Shown piece after piece: positions 37,352 to 47,988 of a stretch of DNA of 50,436 bases. The position numbers were made by a program, and so were the translations under genes. Below the pieces are notes generated by a model, which was not told where the DNA came from, searched no databases, and saw nothing but the letters and a program-made list of their open reading frames with translations. The stretch lies in assembly GCA_029561735.1 (NCBI GenBank), contig JAKQWZ010000016.1, forward strand, positions 1-50,436, written 5' to 3'. How positions within the stretch are numbered: the stretch's first letter is position 1; every line of letters starts with the position of its first letter. This stretch comes from Candidatus Omnitrophota bacterium. GTDB lineage: Bacteria > Omnitrophota > Gorgyraeia > Gygaellales > Profunditerraquicolaceae.

Positions 37352-38119
37352 TTATTTAACCGCAACAACTAACATCTCAAAATTATCCGGTGTCAGTTTA
37401 TCATTTCTTGAGTATGAGCCGAGCTTCACGCCAAAAATATCAATCTTTTTGAATCCGAGCGTATTTAAAAGCCACGTGATCTCGCTAGGGACGTAATAAC
37501 GCTCGTTGCACTTAAGCTCCCTTTTATTGCCGGAATCATCCTCAAAAACAACAGTGTTATGATCACGGAAAGTCATCAGGTCAAAAGAGCACTCCTTACA
37601 CTGGGATTGGCCTTGTTTCCCAGCCGACTTATAGAAGTCATTGACAGAATGGAATAGCGGGAATAATCCGTTTAATGCAGTGAAAATAAGTTTGCCGTTA
37701 TTTTTAAGCGCCTTTGTTGCTTCTTTAAGTATCTCAAAGTTCATCTGGTCTGTTTCCATAAGAGAAAAACCGCCTTCGCAAAGCATGATAGCCAGATCAA
37801 ATTCGTTCTCAAAGGGAAGCTTTCGCGCGTCATGCCGGTAAAAATCAACCGCCACACCCGCTGCTTTGGCTTTCTCCCGCGCTCGGGCAAGCTGTGACTC
37901 GGAAAGGTCAATGCCGGTCACCGTATACCCTCTTTTAGCCAGCTCAATAGCATGACGGCCGGTACCACAACCGATATCAATTACTTTTAAGGCCTTATCG
38001 CGATTAATCTCCTGTTCAATAAAATCACACTCGCCCACAGTCCCCTGAACAAAGCATTCCTGGTCATATTTACGGGCATAGTTCTCAAATAAAGACTCGT
38101 ACCATCTTTTCATAATCAA
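37352..38119 (-). CDS. Class I SAM-dependent methyltransferase
   Basis: VIDIGCGTGRH, GIDLS and DAR.LPF...FD motifs. Confidence 0.9.
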   Translation of the reverse strand: MIMKRWYESLFENYARKYDQECFVQGTVGECDFIEQEINRDKALKVIDIGCGTGRHAIELAKRGYTVTGIDLSESQLARAREKAKAAGVAVDFYRHDARKLPFENEFDLAIMLCEGGFSLMETDQMNFEILKEATKALKNNGKLIFTALNGLFPLFHSVNDFYKSAGKQGQSQCKECSFDLMTFRDHNTVVFEDDSGNKRELKCNERYYVPSEITWLLNTLGFKKIDIFGVKLGSYSRNDKLTPDNFEMLVVAVK

Positions 38120-38172
38120 CCTCTCTTCTGGATAAATTTAATGGAATTAAATTTAACTGCTTAAAAAATAAA

Positions 38173-39333
38173 TTAAAATCCTATTTTAGGCAGGTAACTC
38201 CACAACCTATTTCGGGGGTATAAAGAACAACACCTTGAGCAAAAGTTAAAAACTTTTACTTTCTTTAATTTCTTCCTGAATCCGGTATATTTCTGCCCGT
38301 TCCAGATATCCATAAAGGGTGTTTGGCGGATATTCCCCATCTTGACGCTGATAGAACAAGGATAAACATTGCCGTACGGGTCAAGCCTTGCAGTATACCA
38401 GGGGTAAAAGCATTTATTTACGAAGAAAAAATCAGGACGGTTAAACCATTTATAGATATCGCCTTTCTTCTTAAATTCAACCGAAACCGGTTGTTTCAAT
38501 CTCCTGCTCAATTCCAAAGCCCGGGCTGTTTCCTTATAAAATATATCCGCATCAACCCCGGATATTGATTTATCCAAAACATGGTTTTCCGGCTTAATAA
38601 AATTTTCGCCGGCAAACGCCGCCTTTAAACTTGATATCTTTTCAGGGGAAGAGAAAAATACCGGGCTTATGTGCAAACTTATATTTTTTTCCTTGCTAAT
38701 CTTAACAAGTTCCGAAAAATTATCCTGATTTATTGTGGATACGGCACAGGCAAAAGAAATTGCCGGGCGCGTTTTGGACTGCCTTATTTTTTCTTCGGAT
38801 ATATAACTGACCGCCTTCATCAGCGGCTCATAAACTTTCGCGCCTCTTATAAGGTCATGGATGTCCCCGGCTGCATCCAAAGAGAAGGTTGCTGAATGCA
38901 CTCCTAATTCAACTAATCGCCGCGCGATTTCAGGGGTAATTAAGGCCCCATTTGATGTAAAATGGATATTCAGAGCGTTATCCCGCGCTGCTTTTATAAT
39001 ATCTAAAACATCCGGGCGTAAAAAAATCTCTCCGCCGGTTAAATTGACTGTTTTTATTTTATTAATTTTAAAATCAGAGAAAAGTTTTTTATACTCATCT
39101 AAAGTTAATTCTGTATTTTCTCTGGAAAGGCGTAGTGCCTGCTCGCCTCCGGACGTATGTATTCCGTATAACGGGCACATCTGACATCTGCAGTTACATC
39201 CATATGTAAGCTCTATAGTAACCTGTTTGGGCGCGCCTGACCTGCCTGCGCCAAAAACATAATAGCCATAAAAACTCATGGCATCTAATATCCTGCGGGC
39301 TACCGCCCGTATTAAATAAAAATACTTGTGCAT
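38173..39333 (-). CDS. Radical SAM protein with SPASM/Twitch domain
   Basis: ELT..CNCRCQMC, TGGE, TSNG, SLDA; C-terminal CFYPW...PYGNVYPC...GNI...IWNG...CSRC. Confidence 0.9.
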   Translation of the reverse strand: MHKYFYLIRAVARRILDAMSFYGYYVFGAGRSGAPKQVTIELTYGCNCRCQMCPLYGIHTSGGEQALRLSRENTELTLDEYKKLFSDFKINKIKTVNLTGGEIFLRPDVLDIIKAARDNALNIHFTSNGALITPEIARRLVELGVHSATFSLDAAGDIHDLIRGAKVYEPLMKAVSYISEEKIRQSKTRPAISFACAVSTINQDNFSELVKISKEKNISLHISPVFFSSPEKISSLKAAFAGENFIKPENHVLDKSISGVDADIFYKETARALELSRRLKQPVSVEFKKKGDIYKWFNRPDFFFVNKCFYPWYTARLDPYGNVYPCSISVKMGNIRQTPFMDIWNGQKYTGFRKKLKKVKVFNFCSRCCSLYPRNRLWSYLPKIGF

Positions 39334-39357
39334 TAATGCCCCTTGATATCAATTATA

Positions 39358-39398
39358 AATAATTGACCCCTGCCCTCTAACACGAAGGCAGGGGTCAA
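39358..39398 (-). terminator. Intrinsic terminator-like hairpin after the TM-helix gene
   Basis: Perfect 12-bp stem TTGACCCCTGCC (39363-39374) / GGCAGGGGTCAA (39387-39398); the minus strand continues TTATTTAT. Confidence 0.75.
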
Positions 39399-39419
39399 GG
39401 TGAGTCAATAAAACCGCAT

Positions 39420-40100
39420 TTATTTCTTTTTCAGCTTATCCAGAAAATCAGATACGCTCTTGGAGGCTATGCCCTGGCACCCAAAGCCAAAAGCCAAAGC
39501 CACTGCCAAACCGATTGAGCCTAAAGCAATAGAGATTACCAGTTTAATAATCTCAGCTCCTATCTGCAGCTGCTCAAGCGCTATAGCTATCGCAAACACC
39601 ATTACAATGATCTGGACTATCTTACTTAAGAGATTTGCCTGCGATATGCCGGCATTGACTGCCGATGCCTGGACTATGTTCTTAAGCAATACTGAGATGA
39701 ACATCGCCAAAATAAGGATAAATATCGCTGCAATAATATTCGGTACATACAATACAACCTTGTTCAGCAGGTCAGCGGCTACCGTTAAACCAACCGCATT
39801 AACCGCCACAATGAACGTCAGAAGTAAGCCGATCCAATAAGCAATAACGCCAAGAAGCTCGGAAAGTGAATATGGAACTCCGCCTTTGGCAAGAAGCTTA
39901 TCCAGCTCAATACGGTCTGACAGCTCATCAAGTTTGACCGCTCTCAGGACTTTCGTGACCACTGTTTTAATTATCCCGGAGATAACCCAACCAATCAGAA
40001 GTATTATAATCACAAGCAGGATATTGACTAAGAATTGCCCCACCTGAGCTAATACTGTCCTGGCCGGCTCTAACAACACTACGAACTGATTACCCATCAT
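39420..40100 (-). CDS. CmpX-like / MscS N-terminal TM-helix repeat membrane protein
   Basis: Two conserved TM-helix repeats (LVNILLVIIILLIGW; VPNIIAAIFIL), ALEQLQI, LAVALAFGFG; no cytoplasmic MscS beta domain; SD AAGGAGGTGG. Confidence 0.8.
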   Translation of the reverse strand: MMGNQFVVLLEPARTVLAQVGQFLVNILLVIIILLIGWVISGIIKTVVTKVLRAVKLDELSDRIELDKLLAKGGVPYSLSELLGVIAYWIGLLLTFIVAVNAVGLTVAADLLNKVVLYVPNIIAAIFILILAMFISVLLKNIVQASAVNAGISQANLLSKIVQIIVMVFAIAIALEQLQIGAEIIKLVISIALGSIGLAVALAFGFGCQGIASKSVSDFLDKLKKK

Positions 40101-40135
40101 CCACCTCCTTTGTTTAGTTTATGAAGGCTTACATA

Positions 40136-40164
40136 ACTCTATCATAAACATTGAGTTATGTCAA
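40136..40164 (-). promoter_or_regulatory. Sigma70-type promoter of the TM-helix gene
   Basis: Minus strand TTGACA-17 nt-TAGAGT with TGn. Confidence 0.65.
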
Positions 40165-40174
40165 GAAATTTTTG

Positions 40175-40651
40175 CTATTTTAACCACTTTTTCCGGAGTT
40201 CCTCGTTTATATTATGGGCTTGCGTATAAGTCAGGCTGGATTGCGACTTATCTGCCTGCGAAACCTTATTTTCAGGCTTTTTAAGAAAGTCTTCTACGCC
40301 TTTGGCCTGCGCGCGGCACTGCCGGGCAAAGAAACAGATCTCTTTATCGTTGCTGACAACAACCACATTCTTTGTGTCTTCAGCTTTCTCCAGTATGTCT
40401 TTGATTTTCTGGTCAGCGGTTATATCGCAGGAAAAAATAACCTCAAAATTACTATGTTCATAGGTAAACGGCGAATAAGGCGGGTATCCGTCAAAAATAA
40501 CAATTACACGGTTGCTTTTACTGCCACATATTCCATTCAGCCTTATATACTCAAGAAGGTTGATACGGCAATCAGCATTCTTTGCAGCTAACTTGCGGAA
40601 GCTATCGTTGTTGACGAGATTGTAGCCGTCGATTACGTACCGTAAAGACAT
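40175..40651 (-). CDS. NYN-domain (YacP/Rae1-like) ribonuclease
   Basis: IDGYNL, VIFDG, TADQKI and VVSND acidic catalytic motifs. Confidence 0.88.
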   Translation of the reverse strand: MSLRYVIDGYNLVNNDSFRKLAAKNADCRINLLEYIRLNGICGSKSNRVIVIFDGYPPYSPFTYEHSNFEVIFSCDITADQKIKDILEKAEDTKNVVVVSNDKEICFFARQCRAQAKGVEDFLKKPENKVSQADKSQSSLTYTQAHNINEELRKKWLK

Positions 40652-41579
40652 AGTAGATCAATCCTCCGGCTATTCCGGTGATGAGGATAAACGAAAAATT
40701 TACCAGACTCATTGCAAAGGCCAAGTCTTTAGCTACACCGGCTTTGCCAAAAAAGTATATCGTAATTGCATCGCGCAGGCCCAGGCCGCCGATAGAAATC
40801 GGCAGCATGCTTACCGCGCCTATAATAGGTATATAGACAAAGAAATATATAAGTTTTAATTTCAGGCCCATGGAAGCGGCTATCAGATAAAACATTATCG
40901 GTCCGGTCATTTGCACCAGTAATGAAAAGATTATATTATTAACAATTACTTTTTTATTGTGTTTGAAAATATGTATTTCGTGATGCAGGTCTTTTATATA
41001 CCCCCTTATCCTGCTGGCCCTGCCTGCCTGAAGGAACGCGCTGATTTTAGAATAAATCCGCGTATTATATAACACCAGTAAACCTAAGATTAAAATGACA
41101 GTGATTAAAACAACCGAGACTATAACGCTGGTATTTTCAATCAAATGCCCGCCGATGATAACCGCAAACAGCGCTATTAAAACAAGCCCGACATAGCCGC
41201 TTATCCTGTCCAGCAAAACCGTAGCCACAACTTCCCTGGAACGGTTGGTATGGCGGGAAAGGTCAATTGCCCGCATCATATCTCCGCCTATGGTAGAGGG
41301 AAGGAACAGATTAAAAAACATGCCTCCGGCAAAAGACACCAATACCCGGCGCAGGGACAAGTGCATTTTGGCTGCCTTAAGCAGCATATTCCAGCGCAAG
41401 ACGCAGAAGATATTACCCAGCTGGAACATCAAAAAACCTACGAACAACAGCACTTTATCCGAGCGGCGCAGCACATCAAAAAGCATATTCTTGTCTACCT
41501 GCCGGAACAGGTAATACAAGATGGCAATACTAATGGCAATACGCAGCAGTATTGATAATATTTTTTTTATTATTTCCAT
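40602..41579 (-). CDS. Lysylphosphatidylglycerol synthase TM / UPF0104 flippase-like membrane protein
   Basis: RW..LL, GMFFNLFLPSTIGGD..R, LLDR and LPISIGGLGLRD motifs. Confidence 0.88.
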   Translation of the reverse strand: MEIIKKILSILLRIAISIAILYYLFRQVDKNMLFDVLRRSDKVLLFVGFLMFQLGNIFCVLRWNMLLKAAKMHLSLRRVLVSFAGGMFFNLFLPSTIGGDMMRAIDLSRHTNRSREVVATVLLDRISGYVGLVLIALFAVIIGGHLIENTSVIVSVVLITVILILGLLVLYNTRIYSKISAFLQAGRASRIRGYIKDLHHEIHIFKHNKKVIVNNIIFSLLVQMTGPIMFYLIAASMGLKLKLIYFFVYIPIIGAVSMLPISIGGLGLRDAITIYFFGKAGVAKDLAFAMSLVNFSFILITGIAGGLIYYVFTVRNRRLQSRQQR

Positions 41580-42469
41580 CAGAGGTTCTTTCCGGTCAGC
41601 AGCCTATAGCTTTCCAGGTATTTGGAAGTGGTTTTTTCAACTATTTCTTTTGGCAGGCGCGGGGCCGGCGGAGTCTTATCCCAGTCGCAGGTCTCCAGAT
41701 AATCCCGCACAAACTGCTTATCAAAACTGGGCTGCCCTGCTGCAGGCCTATACTGGTCCTTGGGCCAGAAACGCGAGGAGTCCGGAGTAAGCACTTCATC
41801 TATAATGATTATCTTGCCGTCGTCAATGCCAAACTCAAATTTAGTATCGGCGATTATGATCCCGCGTTTTAAGGCGTATTCGGCTGCCTTGTTATAAACT
41901 GCAATGCTATAATCTTTGATCTTGCCGGCGGTTTCTTTACCTAATTTATTTTCAACATACCCCTGATCAACGTTTTCATCATGCCCCACATCGGCTTTAG
42001 TAGTCGGCGTAAAAATCGGCTCAGGCAATTTATCCGATTCCTTTAACCCGGCAGGAAGTTTGATCCCGCATATAGACTGGCTATTCTTATATTCTTTCCA
42101 CCCTGAACCGGATAGATACCCCCTGACTACGCATTCAACCGGCAATGCCCTGGTTTTTTTAACCAGCATAGAGCGGCCGGATAAAATATCCGAATATTTC
42201 TGTAATTCTTGGGGATAATCCTTAATAACAGATGTGATAAAGTGATTCGGCAGGGCATCTTTTAAGAGCCCGAACCAGAAAACAGATAAAGCCGTCAGGA
42301 CCCTGCCTTTAAAAGGGATGCCATCGGATAAAACCACATCAAAACAGGATATGCGGTCAGTGGAAACAATTAATAATTTATCGCCCAGATCATATACGTC
42401 GCGGACTTTTCCGCGCCTGAAAAGCTTCAGGTCATTAAATTCAGTGGTTAGCAGGACTTTTTCTTCCAT
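41579..42469 (-). CDS. purC: SAICAR synthetase
   Basis: [57 protein letters not shown]. Confidence 0.97.
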   Translation of the reverse strand: MEEKVLLTTEFNDLKLFRRGKVRDVYDLGDKLLIVSTDRISCFDVVLSDGIPFKGRVLTALSVFWFGLLKDALPNHFITSVIKDYPQELQKYSDILSGRSMLVKKTRALPVECVVRGYLSGSGWKEYKNSQSICGIKLPAGLKESDKLPEPIFTPTTKADVGHDENVDQGYVENKLGKETAGKIKDYSIAVYNKAAEYALKRGIIIADTKFEFGIDDGKIIIIDEVLTPDSSRFWPKDQYRPAAGQPSFDKQFVRDYLETCDWDKTPPAPRLPKEIVEKTTSKYLESYRLLTGKNL

Positions 42470-44253
42470 TAAGATTTTAAACGGCCCAGCAATGCGTCAA
42501 ATTCCTGCCAAAGTTCCGGCGGCAGGCCTTTTTTGAATTTTCTATAAAATTTCTTAATCTCTTTGGCCTCGCCCAGCCAGGATTTTTTATCAATCTCAAA
42601 TAATTTTTCAAATGCCCCTGCTGACAATTTCAGCCCGGTCAAATCAAGGTCTTGCGGCCTGGGGATATAGCCTATGGGGGTCTTAATACTGTCAATATTG
42701 TTAAAACAGCGCTGCAGCACCCATTCCAATACTCTTAGATTCTCGCCGAACCCCGGCCATAAGAAACGCCCCTTATCATCGGTCTTGAACCAGTTTACAT
42801 GAAAAATACGCGGGGCTTTGCGCATTCCTTTGCCCATATCCAGCCAATGCCTGAAATATACCGCCATATTATAGCCGCAGAAAGGTATCATCGCCATGGG
42901 GTCGCGCCTGACCTGCCCGATTTTGCCTACTTGCGCAGCAGTTAGCTCTGATGCCATGGTTGATCCGACAAAAACACCGTGCTGCCAGTTAAAAGATTCG
43001 TAGACCAACGGCGCCAGATGCGCCCTTTTCCCGCCGAATATTATTGCTGATATCGGTACTCCGTGGTGCTGTTCCAGCCTGAAAGATGCTGTTGGGCAAT
43101 TTGCAATCGGAGCAGTAAAACGGCTGTTAGGATGCGCGGCCTTGACCGGCTCTCCATGTTCATCAACCGTTCCCGGGCGCCAAGACCTGCCCTGCCAGTC
43201 TATGCCGTATTCCGGAGCTGTTTCATCAGCACCTTCCCACCAGACTGTTCCGTCCGGTTTTAATAATACGTTGGTATAAATAGTATCTTTTTTTATGGTA
43301 GTTACCATATTCGGGTTAGTCTTGGAATTTGTCCCCGGAGCAACCCCGAAAAATCCTGCCTCCGGATTAATTGCCCAGAGAGCACCGTCTGAATCAACAC
43401 GCATCCAGGCAATATCATCGCCTACTGTCCAAATACGGTATCCTTTCTTCTTCAGGCCTTCAGGCGGCACAAGCATAGCAAGATTGGTCTTGCCGCAGGC
43501 GCTGGGAAAAGCTGCTGCAATATAGCCAATACGGCCGCTGGGATCCTCTATACCCATGATCAGCATATGCTCGGCAAACCAATGCTCTTTTTTGGCAAGA
43601 AAACTTGCAATACGCAACGAAAGGCATTTTTTGCCCAAGAGCACATTCCCGCCATAACCGGAACCGACGCTCCAGATAGTGTTGTCCTCGGGAAAATGCA
43701 GGATCAGCCTTTTATTTATATCCAGATCAGCCTTAGAATGCAGGCACCTGGTAAAATCATCTTCTATTTCTAGCTGCCTTAATACGGATTCCCCTGCACG
43801 GGTCATAATCATCATATTGGCAACTACATAACGCGAATCTGTCAATTCCACCCCGATCTTGCTGAAATCCGAGCCTACCGGGCCCATGGAAAAAGGGATT
43901 ACATACATTGTCCTGCCCCGCATTGAGCCTTTAAAAATCTCCCGGGCTTTTGCGTAAGCAATACGCGGCTGCATCCAATTATTATTCGGGCCGGCATCTT
44001 TTTTCTTTTTTGTGCAAATAAAAGTCAGGTGTTCCGTACGCGCCACGTCATTAACGGCTGTGCGATGCAGAAAACATCCCGGAAGTTTTTTCTGATTTAA
44101 AGGGATAAGCTCTCCTGAAGTTATTGCCTCTTCTTCTATCTTTCTTTTCTGCTCTGCGCTCCCGTCAATCCAGACAATATCATCCGGCTGGCACAGCCGC
44201 GCCATCTTATTTACCCAATTAACCAGTTTTTTATTTGACGTAGGATATTTCAT
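42469..44253 (-). CDS. pckG: Phosphoenolpyruvate carboxykinase (GTP)
   Basis: [46 protein letters not shown] and RRDPMAM motifs. Confidence 0.97.
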   Translation of the reverse strand: MKYPTSNKKLVNWVNKMARLCQPDDIVWIDGSAEQKRKIEEEAITSGELIPLNQKKLPGCFLHRTAVNDVARTEHLTFICTKKKKDAGPNNNWMQPRIAYAKAREIFKGSMRGRTMYVIPFSMGPVGSDFSKIGVELTDSRYVVANMMIMTRAGESVLRQLEIEDDFTRCLHSKADLDINKRLILHFPEDNTIWSVGSGYGGNVLLGKKCLSLRIASFLAKKEHWFAEHMLIMGIEDPSGRIGYIAAAFPSACGKTNLAMLVPPEGLKKKGYRIWTVGDDIAWMRVDSDGALWAINPEAGFFGVAPGTNSKTNPNMVTTIKKDTIYTNVLLKPDGTVWWEGADETAPEYGIDWQGRSWRPGTVDEHGEPVKAAHPNSRFTAPIANCPTASFRLEQHHGVPISAIIFGGKRAHLAPLVYESFNWQHGVFVGSTMASELTAAQVGKIGQVRRDPMAMIPFCGYNMAVYFRHWLDMGKGMRKAPRIFHVNWFKTDDKGRFLWPGFGENLRVLEWVLQRCFNNIDSIKTPIGYIPRPQDLDLTGLKLSAGAFEKLFEIDKKSWLGEAKEIKKFYRKFKKGLPPELWQEFDALLGRLKS

Positions 44254-44256
44254 ATT

Positions 44257-45195
44257 TTAATTATTTAATAGATATTTATGCGCAGACGCTGCTGCTACAG
44301 CCCCGTCACCGCATGCAGTTATTACCTGATATAAACTTTTGCTGCGGCAATCGCCGCAGGCGAATATCCCTTCCCGGGAACCCCTTAATTCCCGGTCAGT
44401 GATTATAAAGCCCGTATCGTCTAATTTCAACAAATCTTTTACTATATTGGTGTCCGGCCTTATCCCGACAAAGACAAATACCCCGTTACAATGGCATTGC
44501 GAAATTTCTCCTGATTTCAAATTTTTGAACTTTACCAAATCCACTTTATCTACGCCGCATATCTCTTCAATAACAGTAGACATCATAAATTCTATTTTCG
44601 GATTGGCCCTGGCTTTTTCTACGATTATTTCGGAAGCGCGAAACAAATCCCGTCTATGCACCAGGCGGACAGTCTTGGCATATGAGCTTAAGAATAACGC
44701 TTCTTCTATTGCCCTGTCCCCGCCTCCCACCACAACTATATCTTTGCCCTTATATAACGGGCCGTCGCAGGTCCCGCAATAAGAAACCCCCCGGCCGATA
44801 AATTTCTCTTCGCCTAAAACGCCGATACGTTTTGACTGGGCGCCCGTAGCAATAATAATACTGCGGGTCTCGTAACGGTTTTCGCTGCTGTTAACGGCAT
44901 AGATGACAGGGGTGGAACCGGAAACAGGCTCAATAGAATTAACTTCTTCATAAATTACTTCTATGCCTAATTCCCTGCCCTGCTGATGCATCCTGTCCAT
45001 CAACTCATGCGTAACCACTCCTCCGGGAAATCCGGGAAAATTATCAATCATCGGAGACAAAACAATCTGCCCGCCTACGCTCATTTTTTCAAACATCTGC
45101 GTAGCCAGCTTATACCTGGCGCAATAAAGCGCGGCTGTAAGCCCGGCAGGGCCTGCGCCGATAATAATCACATCATGTACGAACGAGCTGCCCAT
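44257..45195 (-). CDS. trxB: Thioredoxin reductase
   Basis: GAGPAG, IATG, GVSYCGTCDG, GGGD.A.EEA, HRRD, FACGD; start reassigned to ATG 45195 (MGSSF). Confidence 0.92.
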   Translation of the reverse strand: MGSSFVHDVIIIGAGPAGLTAALYCARYKLATQMFEKMSVGGQIVLSPMIDNFPGFPGGVVTHELMDRMHQQGRELGIEVIYEEVNSIEPVSGSTPVIYAVNSSENRYETRSIIIATGAQSKRIGVLGEEKFIGRGVSYCGTCDGPLYKGKDIVVVGGGDRAIEEALFLSSYAKTVRLVHRRDLFRASEIIVEKARANPKIEFMMSTVIEEICGVDKVDLVKFKNLKSGEISQCHCNGVFVFVGIRPDTNIVKDLLKLDDTGFIITDRELRGSREGIFACGDCRSKSLYQVITACGDGAVAAASAHKYLLNN

Positions 45196-46030
45196 AGATT
45201 TCCTCTGCCTGATAAGAACTGCGCACAAGCGGCCCGGATAAACAGGCCCTAAAGCCCATCTTAATTGCTTTTTCCTTCAAAGATTCAAATTCCTGCGGCG
45301 ATATAAATTCTTTTACCTGATAATGCTCTTTATCCGGAGCAAGATACTGGCCAAAAGTTATAATGTCGCAACCGGCAACACGCAGGTCTTCCATTGCCGC
45401 AAGCAGTTCAAAAAGCGTTTCTCCCATTCCCAGCATAATTGAAGATTTAGACAATAAGCCCCTGCTATGCTTTTTAACCGAAGATAACAGCCTTAAAGAA
45501 ATATCATAATCAGCCCCGGGCCGCACAACAGGATACAAACGGCGCACTGTTTCTATATTATGGGCCAGGACTTGCGGCCCTGAATCTATTACTGTCTTTA
45601 AAGCGGCCTCGCTGCCTTTGAAATCCGGTATCAAAACCTCTATTATAATGCCGCTGCAATAATGCTTTATCAGTTTTATTGTCCGCTCATATATCTGCGC
45701 TCCGCCATCAGGCAGGTCATCGCGGGTTACCGAAGTAAGCACTACATACTTAATCCCAAGCCGCCTGATTTCTTTCGCTACCCTCAGCGGCTCTTCTGTA
45801 TCCAGCGGCAAAACCTTATCCGGGGATTTTTTTATTGCGCAGAACGCGCAAGAACGCGTACAGGTATCCCCGAGAATCATGACTGTGAGCCGGTTTTTTT
45901 CAAGACAGGCTGAAAAATTCGGGCAATGCGCCTCTTCACAGACTGTATTAATCTTTATTTCTTTTAACCGGCAACGCGCCTTACTACTGATAATATCCTG
46001 CCTGAACCATTGTGGCAAAGTCTTTGTCAT
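45173..46030 (-). CDS. lipA: Lipoyl synthase
   Basis: CEEAHCPNFSAC, CTRSCAFC, TSVTRDDL, HNIETV, GQYL and VRSSY motifs. Confidence 0.96.
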   Translation of the reverse strand: MTKTLPQWFRQDIISSKARCRLKEIKINTVCEEAHCPNFSACLEKNRLTVMILGDTCTRSCAFCAIKKSPDKVLPLDTEEPLRVAKEIRRLGIKYVVLTSVTRDDLPDGGAQIYERTIKLIKHYCSGIIIEVLIPDFKGSEAALKTVIDSGPQVLAHNIETVRRLYPVVRPGADYDISLRLLSSVKKHSRGLLSKSSIMLGMGETLFELLAAMEDLRVAGCDIITFGQYLAPDKEHYQVKEFISPQEFESLKEKAIKMGFRACLSGPLVRSSYQAEEIYGQLVRT

Positions 46031-46052
46031 TTACTCAAGGCTTCCTGCTCAA

Positions 46053-46601
46053 CTACAGCTGCAATTTACAGGACTTTTCTTCCTGCCTGTCTAAATATTC
46101 GTTTTTTACTTTTTTCTTCAATGACTCCAGCTTTTTCTTGATCTTTATTTTTTCAATAAATCCGGCGTAATCAGCTATTACCCTGCCCTTTAAATGGTCT
46201 ATCTCATGCTGTAACACGCATGCCAAAAGGCCTTGAGCCTGGATTGTCTGCGGTTTGCCTGTTTCATCTAAGAAATGCACGCAAACTTCCTGTGCGCGCC
46301 TGACTTTAACGCAGACTCCGGGTATGCTTAAACATCCTTCCTGATTAACCTGCGAACCGCTGCGCTTAGCAATCCGGGGATTAACCATTTTATACAATCC
46401 GGTGCCGATATCAGCGACTATTAATGCGTCTTCTACGGCTACTTGCGAAGACGCCAGCCCCACTCCGTTATCAGCATACATAAGCCTGCTCATCTGGCTT
46501 AAGACATGCCTGTGATATTCAGTCACTTTATCCACCGGCTTAGCTTTCTTTCTTAAAGCCGGGTCCCCATAAAGCCTAATCTTTAATTCGGTTTTTATCA
46601 T
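46053..46601 (-). CDS. def: Peptide deformylase
   Basis: GVGLA..Q, EGCLS and QHEIDHL motifs. Confidence 0.95.
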   Translation of the reverse strand: MIKTELKIRLYGDPALRKKAKPVDKVTEYHRHVLSQMSRLMYADNGVGLASSQVAVEDALIVADIGTGLYKMVNPRIAKRSGSQVNQEGCLSIPGVCVKVRRAQEVCVHFLDETGKPQTIQAQGLLACVLQHEIDHLKGRVIADYAGFIEKIKIKKKLESLKKKVKNEYLDRQEEKSCKLQL

Positions 46602-46926
46602 CTACTTTTATTATTTTTGGCTTAATAGCTGTGCAATCGCTTTCACCGGCAATCATATAACAAACAATTATGATTTCATCGCCGATGCAGGCGCCGCGTG
46701 CCGCAGCGCCATTAAGGCAGATTATTCCGGAACCCGCCTTTCCTTCAATAGCATAAGTTTCAATACGCAAACCTGTGTTAACATTGAATACTTCAACTTT
46801 TTCTCCGGGAAGTATATCGGCTGACTTCATCAATTTTGAATCAATGGTAATGCTTCCCTCGTAATAAAGGTTCGCCTCGGTTACTCTGGCGCGGTGAATT
46901 TTTGATTTTAACATTGTCCTGAACAT
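46576..46926 (-). CDS. panD: Aspartate 1-decarboxylase
   Basis: KSKIHRA, Y.G|SITID autocleavage site, R.ETY, LNGAAAR. Confidence 0.97.
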   Translation of the reverse strand: MFRTMLKSKIHRARVTEANLYYEGSITIDSKLMKSADILPGEKVEVFNVNTGLRIETYAIEGKAGSGIICLNGAAARGACIGDEIIIVCYMIAGESDCTAIKPKIIKVDDKNRIKD

Positions 46927-46930
46927 TTTA

Positions 46931-47986
46931 TTAACCCCCGATTATGTTATAAGTCTGGCGCGCAATCATCAGCTCTTCGTTTGTCTTAATCACTAAAATC
47001 CGGGGCTTTTTCCTGCACAAAGAAAAAATACCCTTGCAAATCCTGTCACGGATAGTTTTCTGGTTTTCACCTATCCCCCCGGTAAAGACTACAGCATCGC
47101 AACCGGACATCGCAGCGGTGTATGCGCCGATATATTTTTTTATCCTGTAAATAAAAATATTTATGGCCAGCCTTGCGCGTTTATTTCCCTGCCGGGATTT
47201 TAGCTCCAACACACGCATGTCATTGCTTACCCCGGAGATGCCTTTTAGGCCGCTGTCTTTATTCAGGATCCTGTCCATTGTATCCGAATCAAGCTTTTCT
47301 TTGCGCATTATATGCGTAATCAGCGCCGGATCCGTATCCCCGCAGCGGGTGCCCATTACCAGCCCTTCCAAAGGAGTAAAACCCATGCTGGTATCAATTG
47401 ACCTGCCTTTATCCACCGCTGTAATGCTACAGCCGTTGCCCAGATGGCAAGTTATTATTTTTAATTTATTTAGCGGCTTCTTTAAAAGCTTAGCTGCCTC
47501 TTGAGAGACGTAATTATGGCTGGTGCCGTGGAAACCGAATTTTCTTATGCTGTGTTTTTTATAATAATCATACGGCAGGCCGTAAATATAGGCGTAATCC
47601 GGCAAAGTTTGATGAAATGCCGTATCAAAAACAGCCACCTGCGCAATCCCGGGCAATAAACGCGAACAGGCAGTAATGCCGGCAAGATTAGCCGGGTTAT
47701 GCAAAGGCGCTATTGTTGAACAGACCTTTATCTCTTTAATAACTTTTTTATTAATTAAAACCGGGTGGGTAAATTTTTCCGCTCCGTGGACTACGCGGTG
47801 GCCGACAGCATCAACATGGCCCATGTTTTCCAATACTATCTTTAATCCTGAATAATGGTCTTTTACAGATGAGCCCTTTTCTCCGATATGCTCAATAACG
47901 CCTTTCTTAAGCTGAATGCTGGAAGGCATGTCAAAAAGACGGTATTTTATAGAGGAACTGCCTGAATTAATTACCAGTATATTCAT
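46931..47986 (-). CDS. ackA: Acetate kinase (compact, ~351 aa)
   Basis: Start reassigned to ATG 47986 ([14 protein letters not shown]); [39 protein letters not shown]. Confidence 0.96.
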   Translation of the reverse strand: MNILVINSGSSSIKYRLFDMPSSIQLKKGVIEHIGEKGSSVKDHYSGLKIVLENMGHVDAVGHRVVHGAEKFTHPVLINKKVIKEIKVCSTIAPLHNPANLAGITACSRLLPGIAQVAVFDTAFHQTLPDYAYIYGLPYDYYKKHSIRKFGFHGTSHNYVSQEAAKLLKKPLNKLKIITCHLGNGCSITAVDKGRSIDTSMGFTPLEGLVMGTRCGDTDPALITHIMRKEKLDSDTMDRILNKDSGLKGISGVSNDMRVLELKSRQGNKRARLAINIFIYRIKKYIGAYTAAMSGCDAVVFTGGIGENQKTIRDRICKGIFSLCRKKPRILVIKTNEELMIARQTYNIIGG

Positions 47987-47988
47987 AA

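Noticed and set aside
40175-40651. NYN/PIN-like nuclease as a toxin or defence gene
   Set aside because: No adjacent antitoxin or defence genes; motifs fit the housekeeping YacP/Rae1 family
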